From Bdellovibrionota bacterium (GTDB lineage Bacteria > Bdellovibrionota_G > JALEGL01 > DATDPG01), in assembly GCA_963668355.1 (NCBI GenBank), contig OY764265.1:2705742-2769741 (forward strand): a stretch of DNA of 64,000 nucleotides, given 5' to 3'. The position numbers and the translations under genes were made by a program. Shown piece by piece: positions 28,623 through 37,200 of this stretch (its first letter is position 1; every line of letters starts with the position of its first letter). The notes under the pieces are model-generated. The model did no database searches and was not told the DNA's origin. It saw nothing but the letters and a program-made list of their open reading frames with translations.

Positions 28623-29213
28623 TTACAGGCCTTCCGACGGAGAAGAATTGATCTCACTATCCGCTAACATAAGTTCCCGAAGTTCTTCTCGGCATTGTTG
28701 CGCGTCAGCTTTCAAATCCCTGGATTCCAATTCTTTTACCAATTCTCCCAAGGCATAAATCCGATCTTCCCTGCGTTCCCCCTGAAATGCGATTTTTCGC
28801 ATCATTAAGAAGCGTCTTCGCTCGGCCTCAAATCGTTCCGTTCGCATGCCCAACATACGGTAAATAGAGGCCATTAAACTCAGTGCCCATGCAGACTCTC
28901 GTGTCATAGAATAAAGGATGACCACTTTGTGAAGCCAATCCAAGCTGACTTTGAATTCATTCGACCATAGATAGCTCGAACCCAGGCCACACATTGCAGC
29001 TGGACTAATATATGGATCCCCGAGCGCAGCCAGACGCAAAAGCATTCGTTGCCCCCTCTCTCGGGTTTTCTCTCTTTGAGAGAGAAGCATCGCCTTTCGG
29101 AGAGAGCACAGATACTCATCCTTTACATGGGCAGGAAAACTGGAATTTAAGTCCCACATCCTTCTTTTATTATATCTTGGAGAGGACCCGGAAAGATAGT
29201 TGACAATTTCCAC
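28623..29213 (-). CDS. hypothetical protein
   Basis: 196-aa ORF co-oriented between comEC and the Fur regulator gene. No family recognised. Confidence 0.4.
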   Translation of the reverse strand: MEIVNYLSGSSPRYNKRRMWDLNSSFPAHVKDEYLCSLRKAMLLSQREKTRERGQRMLLRLAALGDPYISPAAMCGLGSSYLWSNEFKVSLDWLHKVVILYSMTRESAWALSLMASIYRMLGMRTERFEAERRRFLMMRKIAFQGERREDRIYALGELVKELESRDLKADAQQCREELRELMLADSEINSSPSEGL

Positions 29214-29250
29214 AAGAGTTTTGAAGAAAATCGCTCAGAGAGAAGACATA

Positions 29251-31614
29251 TTATAAATGATTTTTACAATCCCGGACAGAGACAAGATCGTAACGTGCTT
29301 TCTTTATTGGGAAAAGACTGACTTGCCCACAGAGATCACCCCTCCATATAGTTAAACCTGAGTTTCTCAAACGATTCAAAACCTCTTTGGCAGGATGCCC
29401 ATAGGAGTTTTTCCATCCTGCAGGGATGACAGCTTCCTTCGCGGCTATGAACTCCAAAAACGGACGGGAGGTGGATCGTCGGCTTCCGTGGTGCGCTACT
29501 TTTAAGACTTCGCTCTTTAGAAGGGCCCTTTTCTTCTTCATCAAACGATCTTCTCCCAGATGCTCGATATCCCCTGTGAACAACACCCGAGTTCCATTCA
29601 TCGTGGCCTGCAAAACAATGGAACTTTCGTTGTCTGAAGAAGAACCCTCCCATTGATCCGAAGGAGGATGAAAAACCCTTAGACTCAAGTTTCCGATTTC
29701 CTCGTGCCATCCATCTCGAACACGTCTAACCCCCACCCCAAGATCCTTGGAAAGGGAGATGATTTCTTCCATCGCGGGCCCAACGGCTTTTTGGACAGGA
29801 ATCCAGACATCATGAACCGTCATCCCCTTTAAAACCGTCTTGGCCCCTCCAATATGATCCATATCTTCATGGGTCAAGATCATGAGTTCCAACTCTCGGT
29901 AGCCATGCTTTCGCAGCCAGGGCAGTAAAATCTTTTCTCCCGCGTCTTCACTGTACAACCCCCCTCTCCCCGCATCCACCAAGGCCACTTTTCTGTCATT
30001 CGTGATCATCAAAGCGGCATCTCCTTGGCCTACATGGAGAAAATGAATTCCTGGGTTTTGAAAAACGGATTCAATAAGAAAAGAAAAGAACCCAATCGCC
30101 AGAGCCCCCGCAATCAAAAGAAGGCTCGTTTTCATTTTCTTGTAGAAGGCATAAAAAACCAAAACCACAGCGAGAAGCACAAAACCAAACTGAATTCGAG
30201 ATATCCAAACATCACTTCCTGGAAGATGAATACTCGACTCCGCCAAAAACAAAAATGCAGAAAGCCATAAGTCTAGAATCCTAAACAACCAACTCGCAAT
30301 GAACATCCAAAGGGGACTGATGAGAATCGCCAATAACCCCAACGGAATTCCCACGCCTCCCAACAAAGGAACAAAAATCATATTTGCCAGAGGAGACCAG
30401 AGGGTTACCTGGCCAAAGTGCCAAACCAAAATCGGAAACGTCGCCAACCAGGCTCCCAAAGAAACCCAGAACAATTGTCTCAATTTCCCCTTCTGGGGAA
30501 ACCAGCAAGATTGCATTACGAGAGCTATTCCGAGAACAGCGGAAAAGGACAGTTGCGCCGACACGTCGAACAAAAACAACGGCTGAAACAGAAGACAGAA
30601 GAAAGCCGCAACCAAACAAACATTCAAGACCTTTCGCGTTCGTGCAAAAAACAACGCCAACAGACCTAGGCCAAAAAAGATGAGCGCTCTCACGGTGGAA
30701 ATGGGTAAATCGGTCAGGCTCGCATAAAAGAAAGCTCCCAGAAAAGCAGCCACTCCCTGAACCTTTCTCAAAGGGAAAAACTCAATTAATCGATGAGAGC
30801 ACCTCCATCCCATGCCGAACAACCAACCAAAAAACAGTGCCACCACCCCCACGTGGAATCCCGAGACGACCAACAAATGGATGATTCCCGCTCTTCGAAA
30901 CGCATGGACAATTTCTTCAGAAACTTCGGACCGATTCCCAAAAAGCATGGCCTGGAAAATTCCAAACCCGTTTTCCGTCATATTGGCTCTTCCAAGGATT
31001 TGGGCTGATTCTCGGATTCCATTGAAGAAGTCTTGAAGGAATCCCACAGAACCTCTCTTGCAAATCAAATCATGGGAGCCTGAGATTACTCCTTGAAAAG
31101 AGATTCCACGGGTTTTGGCGTAGGTTTCTCGGTCGAACTCCCATTCGTTCCCATAATTTCGCGCCGTTTTGAGTTTGGTTCTGAAAAACACACGCTCCCC
31201 TTTTCGAGGAACGGAGTCTGAGAGAGAAAAGAGCCGAACTCTTTCGAAATGTCCGCTTCCCTCCAAGGAAACATCAAATGCAATGCCACGCGGGGAAAGT
31301 TTTTTTGGATAGGTTTGAACCACTCCCTCAAACCAAACTTTTTCTGAACTCAATCGACTACCGGGAGAAAAACCTGTTTCCTTAACACTTTGAACACGCC
31401 AAAAACCGAGGAAAAAGAAAAACAAAAATACACCGCCCAGAGCCAAGGTTTCTTTCTTCCCAAACCAAGCCGCCCACGCTCCCAATAAAAGAACCCCAGG
31501 AATCCAAAATGGAAGCGAATCCGCAACAAGGTCACCCAAAAGAATTCCGGCCGTCAAAGCCAAAAAATTCGATAAAAGCAGTCGACTGCCCCTAATTCTG
31601 ACGGAAAAAGGCAT
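29251..31614 (-). CDS. comEC: DNA internalization competence protein ComEC/Rec2 (with metallo-beta-lactamase domain)
   Basis: 787 aa. Polytopic membrane core followed by a C-terminal MBL fold (HEDMDHIGG). Confidence 0.85.
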   Translation of the reverse strand: MPFSVRIRGSRLLLSNFLALTAGILLGDLVADSLPFWIPGVLLLGAWAAWFGKKETLALGGVFLFFFFLGFWRVQSVKETGFSPGSRLSSEKVWFEGVVQTYPKKLSPRGIAFDVSLEGSGHFERVRLFSLSDSVPRKGERVFFRTKLKTARNYGNEWEFDRETYAKTRGISFQGVISGSHDLICKRGSVGFLQDFFNGIRESAQILGRANMTENGFGIFQAMLFGNRSEVSEEIVHAFRRAGIIHLLVVSGFHVGVVALFFGWLFGMGWRCSHRLIEFFPLRKVQGVAAFLGAFFYASLTDLPISTVRALIFFGLGLLALFFARTRKVLNVCLVAAFFCLLFQPLFLFDVSAQLSFSAVLGIALVMQSCWFPQKGKLRQLFWVSLGAWLATFPILVWHFGQVTLWSPLANMIFVPLLGGVGIPLGLLAILISPLWMFIASWLFRILDLWLSAFLFLAESSIHLPGSDVWISRIQFGFVLLAVVLVFYAFYKKMKTSLLLIAGALAIGFFSFLIESVFQNPGIHFLHVGQGDAALMITNDRKVALVDAGRGGLYSEDAGEKILLPWLRKHGYRELELMILTHEDMDHIGGAKTVLKGMTVHDVWIPVQKAVGPAMEEIISLSKDLGVGVRRVRDGWHEEIGNLSLRVFHPPSDQWEGSSSDNESSIVLQATMNGTRVLFTGDIEHLGEDRLMKKKRALLKSEVLKVAHHGSRRSTSRPFLEFIAAKEAVIPAGWKNSYGHPAKEVLNRLRNSGLTIWRGDLCGQVSLFPIKKARYDLVSVRDCKNHL

Positions 31615-33430
31615 GGATGGCTTTCGCTACAGTCTCTGAGATACCCGGGACTTGAAGAAGTTCAGATACCGAGGCCGACTGAATTCGATCGATGGTCCCA
31701 AACACCCCGAATAAGATTTGCTTTCGTTTGGCTCCGACCCCTGGAATTTCATTCAAAACGGTATGCAAAGATCTTTTTCCCCGAGCCTTTCGATGCCGCG
31801 TAATTCCAAATCGATGCGCTTCATCTCTAACTCTCATCAGCAAATGCAAAACCTGTGAAGACGGTGGAAAAACCAAAGCGTTTTTTTGCCCTGGCAAAAA
31901 CACTCGTTCTGGAGCGTATTTTGTGCCACTTCGACTTACAAGCTCCTTCTCTTTGGCCAGCGAACATACAGGAAGTTCATGAAGGTTTAAGGTGGATACT
32001 AAATCCGTAAGTTGGCGTAGTTGTCCTTTTCCCCCATCCACCAAAACCAAATCGGGAAAATCTTTTCGATCCTCCTTGGAAAACCGACGCGTAAAAACCT
32101 CTTTGAGACTTGCGAAATCATTGGGCCCATTCACGGACTTGATATTGTATTGGCGGTACAAATTCTTATCGGGTTCCCCATCCGTAAAAACCACCAAAGA
32201 GCCTACTGAATGAGTCCCTTGAAGATTGGAAATGTCGTAGCCTTCAATGCGGTGAGGGAATTTCGACAAATGTAATTTTCTCTGCAAATCCTCTAGCAGT
32301 TTTTGATTGCCAGAACTTCGACGCTTTCGTTCCTCAAACGAAGCGAAGGCATTCCGTTCCGCCAACTTCAAAACTTTCAACGCGGTTCCTTTTCGAGGAG
32401 ACTTGATTCGAATTTTTTTCCCGTGTTTCTCTAAAAACACTTCCTCAAAGGCTTTTCGATCTGGCATCGGAATGGAAAAAATGACCTCTTGGGGAAAATC
32501 CTGGACCAAAACGCGATCGACATACACCTGTTGAAAAAAGGATCGAAGGATTTCTTCTTTTGCGGATATGGGTTCCGCCAAAAAGAACTCTTTCGACCCC
32601 ATCACCCTTCCCTCTCGAATTTTTAAAATCTTGATCAGGGTTGCCTGCTGATCCCCACGTATGCCAATTGCATCGCCACTCCATGCACCTTTCCGAGATT
32701 CAACTTTCTGAGGCAACAACGAATCCTCAATAGCTCTCATGCGATCCCTGAGCCTTGCCGCATCTTCGTATCTCAACTCCTCTGAGGCATTTCCCATTTC
32801 GCCTCGGAGTCTTTTGATCAGCGTAGACTTGTCTCCTTTGATGAACTGAATGGCTTGTTGAATTTGATGGTCGTAGTCTTCAGCCGACACCTTCCCCACA
32901 CAGGGAGCGGTACAACGTCGGATTTGATGTTGAAGACATGGACGCGAGCGGTTCGCAAAGAAAGAATCTGAACAATCTCGAATTTGAAAGATTTTTTGGA
33001 TGGTTTTGAGCATTTCTCGCAGATCATGAGCAGAGGAAAAGGGCCCAAAGTACCGACCTCCATCTTTGGAAATCTTTCGCGTCACAAACAAGGCGGGGAA
33101 TTCGTGTTTGGTCATTTTTAAGCTCACGTAGGACTTATCGTCACGGAGCATGATGTTGTATTTCGGACGATAGGACTTGATCAGAGAGTTTTCTAAAAGA
33201 AGGGCTTCTTTCTCATTATCCGTAAGAATCCACTCGACCGTTTTAGCCAAACGTCCAATGACGTGGACCGAGGGACGATCCTCCTTGGCCGGTCGAGTAT
33301 AGGCCGGAAGGCGATTCCGAAGACTCTTGGCCTTCCCGACATACAAGACCTTCCCGGAGGCATCTTTAAAAAGATAAACGCCGGGAGACCTTGGGGCTCG
33401 GGCAATTTGTTCTCTGACCTTTAAATCCAT
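31592..33430 (-). CDS. uvrC: excinuclease ABC subunit C
   Basis: Start MDLKVREQ. GIY-YIG motif (GVYLFKD...LYVGKA), UvrBC motif, and C-terminal RNaseH-like plus HhH domains. Confidence 0.9.
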   Translation of the reverse strand: MDLKVREQIARAPRSPGVYLFKDASGKVLYVGKAKSLRNRLPAYTRPAKEDRPSVHVIGRLAKTVEWILTDNEKEALLLENSLIKSYRPKYNIMLRDDKSYVSLKMTKHEFPALFVTRKISKDGGRYFGPFSSAHDLREMLKTIQKIFQIRDCSDSFFANRSRPCLQHQIRRCTAPCVGKVSAEDYDHQIQQAIQFIKGDKSTLIKRLRGEMGNASEELRYEDAARLRDRMRAIEDSLLPQKVESRKGAWSGDAIGIRGDQQATLIKILKIREGRVMGSKEFFLAEPISAKEEILRSFFQQVYVDRVLVQDFPQEVIFSIPMPDRKAFEEVFLEKHGKKIRIKSPRKGTALKVLKLAERNAFASFEERKRRSSGNQKLLEDLQRKLHLSKFPHRIEGYDISNLQGTHSVGSLVVFTDGEPDKNLYRQYNIKSVNGPNDFASLKEVFTRRFSKEDRKDFPDLVLVDGGKGQLRQLTDLVSTLNLHELPVCSLAKEKELVSRSGTKYAPERVFLPGQKNALVFPPSSQVLHLLMRVRDEAHRFGITRHRKARGKRSLHTVLNEIPGVGAKRKQILFGVFGTIDRIQSASVSELLQVPGISETVAKAIHAFFRQN

Positions 33431-33473
33431 GATAGAACCCTCCCCACTGTACCCTTTGCTGTTGGAGTAGGAA

Positions 33474-33887
33474 ATGAAGACGAAAACTGAGTATTTATGG
33501 TTCAAAACCGAAAAGCACCGTGACTACATTCGAATCACGGACAAAATTCAGGACATCGTGGAAGAAAGCGGAATTCAGGAGGGTATGGTTTTGGTTTCTG
33601 CCATGCACATTACGGCGGGCATCTTCGTCAACGACTGGGAAGAAGGTCTATTGGAAGATGTCGACCAATGGTTGGAACGCCTCGCCCCATTCAAAAAAGA
33701 CTACCGACACCACCGAACCGGTGAAACCAACGCCGACAGCCATATGAAAAGCCTACTGGTTCACCACGAGGTCATTTTACCCATTACCGGTGGAGAACTG
33801 GACTTGGGCACGTGGCAGCAGATCTTTTATGCAGAATTTGATGGGGAACGCAAAAAGCGCGTCATCGTCAAAGTCATGGGGGAATGA
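33474..33887 (+). CDS. YjbQ/UPF0047 family protein (secondary thiamine-phosphate synthase-like)
   Basis: 137 aa. YjbQ family motifs [12 protein letters not shown]...DYRHH. Confidence 0.75.
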   Translation: MKTKTEYLWFKTEKHRDYIRITDKIQDIVEESGIQEGMVLVSAMHITAGIFVNDWEEGLLEDVDQWLERLAPFKKDYRHHRTGETNADSHMKSLLVHHEVILPITGGELDLGTWQQIFYAEFDGERKKRVIVKVMGE

Positions 33888-33969
33888 CCTAAACAACACG
33901 GCGCGTTATCTTAACCCCACCCGCTTTGCGGGTCCCCGGTTCAGGCTTCCCATTTGGATTTAGCACCAT

Positions 33970-34000
33970 AAAAAAAACACGCCTACGGCGTGCCTTTTTT
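33970..34000. terminator. bidirectional intrinsic terminator (stem CACGCC...GGCGTG flanked by A8 and T6)
   Basis: Read directly: aaaaaaaacacgcctacggcgtgcctttttt downstream of the YjbQ gene. Confidence 0.6.
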
Positions 34001-34114
34001 ATGGTGGGCGATACTGGGTTCACAAACTCTCGTTCGTAGACCCATTCGGTTAAGCCTGCCCCACCCGCTTCGCGGGTTCCCGGTCCAGGCTTCCCTTTTC
34101 TGATTTCGCACCAT

Positions 34115-34146
34115 AAAAAAAACGCGCCTGCGGCGCGTCTTCTTTA
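34115..34146 (-). terminator. intrinsic terminator downstream of tRNA-Val
   Basis: Stem CGCGCC-tgc-GGCGCG followed by U8 on the minus strand. Confidence 0.6.
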
Positions 34147-34221
34147 TGGTGGGCGATACTGGGTTCGAACCAGCGACTTCCACCGTGTGAAGGTGGCACT
34201 CTCCCACTGAGTTAATCGCCC
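34147..34221 (-). tRNA. tRNA-Val (anticodon CAC), CCA encoded
   Basis: Manual fold. Acceptor GGGCGAT/ATCGCCC, D-stem ACTC/GAGT, anticodon stem CCACC/GGTGG with loop TTCACAC, T-arm GCTGG-TTCGAAC-CCAGT, discriminator A then CCA. Confidence 0.85.
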
Positions 34222-34289
34222 ACGGGGATGGGGAAATACCGAGACTTCCCCATTTCGTCAACTCCCATATTCAAGCCAAGAGATCGTCC

Positions 34290-37200
34290 CTACCAATCCA
34301 AATAAATCCGGATTTCCAGAACGGTTTTGTTTTCCGATGGACGAACGACCTGATCAAACACCGTGTAATAGCCCTGGACATCCCCTTCATCAATTCTGTG
34401 GTAGAGCGTTTCTTCAGGCGGGTCCTCCGATTTCTCAAGCCCCAGAAAAATTTCCCTGGCTCCCTCATAGGTCGGCATCCCATTCTCATCCGTAAATTTT
34501 ATCTCAGGTCGAAAGGCACCCGATTGTCCCTGAACCCCATGTCTCAATCGTTGAGGACGAAGATCCCATGGAAGCTCGGGAAGAAGCATATCCGCCAACC
34601 CATGGACTTGTCCGCCTACTTCAAAGTGTGCAATCAAGGCCCATTGATTTGGATTCTGAGATTTCTCACTGGGCACAAACTCAAAGGTTACCTCTGAATT
34701 GCTTTGACCGTACGTCTCTTCCACTCTTCGAAAAGCATTTCGAAGGATCCAAACGTACTCCCTCAAATCTTCGGTAATTAGGGCATTCGGATCGGTCAGC
34801 ATGGCTTTGCTTAAATCCACATGCGGAACCACATATTCTAAACGAGAACCGATGCCCTCCTGTTCCATGATGGAAAATGTGCGAAGAAGCTCCTTGTGGG
34901 CTCCACGCGAAGGAATTTCTATGGACGTCTCTTGATCAAACATCTCCAAGGCGTCTAAGATTTTTTCAAATTGCCTCAGAAATGATTGAACACTCCGAGA
35001 GGTTGAACCTTTGACCTGGCCCGAAAACAGAATGTCTCTTGAAGGCTCAACAATGTCTTTTCGAAATCTAGGGATCTCCCCAACCAAGGTTTGAATTTGC
35101 CATAGAAAACGTTCCCAATCGCCTTGTTCCAAGGCCCGTTCAACACGCGCAAAATTAATGGCAAAATCAAATTCAAATAAAGAACCAACCGAGGGACCCT
35201 TTCCACCTTCCGCTTCATCCAACACTTCCAGAAGGCTCTCAATGCTAGCCACATTTGCTCTTATGGCGTCATACGTTTGACGACCAATGGAAAAATCACG
35301 TTCAGAAATCCCATGAATCGCGAGTTTGATTTCTTCTTGTCCCTTTAAGTAACGAGGTTTTTCAAACAGGAGCCCCGCCTCCGAACCCACGGAAACCGTA
35401 AATTTCCTTGGTTGATCTTGCCGCCCCGCCTCTAAAAGCCTCGTCCGAGGATCAAATTGAATGGGATCGCCTTTCAAAATCAAACTCCTGGAACGCTCCA
35501 AATCATGTGAAATGGAGGTTCCCCGCAAGGGGACTTCCACATGATAAATTTTGGATCGGACAAACCCATTCGCAACCAATTCATCGATCAACAATTGAAC
35601 ATCCCTCTCAACCGCTTCAAAGCCCAAATCCATCGCACCTTGAAAATAGGAACGGCCCTGACCGATATTCGTGACAATCACCACTTCATATTCCGATAGC
35701 GCTTCATCTGTATTCTCTCTTAAGGCTTGAGAGAGTTTCTTTGCCGTTTCAACACGTTCCGAATGTGTATTTCCGGGATCTTCCACCGTCCGGTAGGCAA
35801 GTTGAAATGTTGGGGTCAAATGAGCGAGAAGTTTGTAGTTGGGACCCATGGCAAAAAACCCGGCACAGTTTTGCAAATTCAATGTATGGATCGGTTGATC
35901 CACCGGAACCACCACGCCCGTCCCATCTTTCACACGAACCGATCCGGGGAATCTCCGCTCAAGCATCCCAATTTCGTCTAAAGAATCGACATCGCTTTCG
36001 CCCTCAAGTTCTGAAATTTTTCTGAGCGAAAAACCTGTATCTCGTTCAAATTCGGCCAAGCTTTTCATGGTGGAGTGATCCACTTGAAACACTCGAACCC
36101 CTCTCGCTTGCGTAATCTTTCGAGGGGAAATATCCGTTTCCCATCCGATGGGAATGTCCAACTCCTCTAGTTCGGTTTTGGGAACGGCGACGACACAATC
36201 CAATTCCCCTCCTTTGTATATTCTTTCTGCCGCGCGACTTTGAATGAACGGACGGGCGGAATACCCCCCATATCCAAGGGCGGTCATGACTTTTTCGGTC
36301 GAACCATCCGCAAAGTAAGAAGTGCCTCGATTTTGAAGGACGCGATAGGTTCCATCCTCTTGGCGCTTCAACGTCAACACCCCCAAATGAGTGTGGGACA
36401 TGACATAGTCGCTCTCAATCCTTCCTTCCGGGGTCACACGGAAAAGACCCGCCTCAAAAAGATCCTCTACGGAAGTCATCGTGGGGAGAGATTCGGCGTA
36501 ATTGCGCATCAATCGATAATGTTGGGCTTCATTATGGGGCTGCCGAAAATCTGAACCCAGCAAAGAGCGCATTCTGCTTTCAGCCACAAGATCATCTCTT
36601 TGAAGACCTTCTACATCACCTCCAAACACGTTCTTTGCGGCCCTCCAAAAACCTACCTGACGAACATCTCGCCGGACTCGACTCCAGAAGTCCGGACTCT
36701 CGGAAGGAAGGGGTTCATCCACAAACCGACTATCAACCGTCTCTTCCAACGACATCAACCGTTCCCGCGGATACTCGGGAATCTGAAGTGAGAAATCTTC
36801 TTTTTCTTCGGGAGAGATGGAAACTGAATATGACCGGGACCGAACTGCACGATCCCTCACGCGGCTTCCATCGTTCAAGAAAAAGGCGGGTCTTCCCTCG
36901 ATTTGAATTTCGTCTGGTTTTTTCGGGTCATGATGAACATCGGAAAGCACAAAAGGCATTTCCACAATTTTGATTCGCTCTCTGGAAAATCCCTGATCCA
37001 CAAGATGTTGCGCCACACGCATCCAATCCTCTCGTGTGGCCCGATATCCAAAATCGACTTTCCCGTGGATGATGGACCTTGCATGACCGACATTTCCTAA
37101 AATGACGACGTCCATCTGGCTAAAATCTTCTTCCGTATGTTCTCGAAGGCCTCCAACCAGTCGTCCAACCGTATCTCTCGCCCCAGATAGTTTGTGAATT

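Larger units (their letters stand above)
33915..34166. repeat. ~145-bp imperfect tandem direct repeat (two copies), each with two hairpins, an A-run/T-run terminator and the 3'-terminal 20 nt of tRNA-Val
   Basis: Copy 1 is about 33915-34021 and ends in a truncated tggtgggcgatactgggttc. Copy 2 is about 34059-34166 and runs into the intact tRNA. The two copies are roughly 85% identical by eye. Confidence 0.75.
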
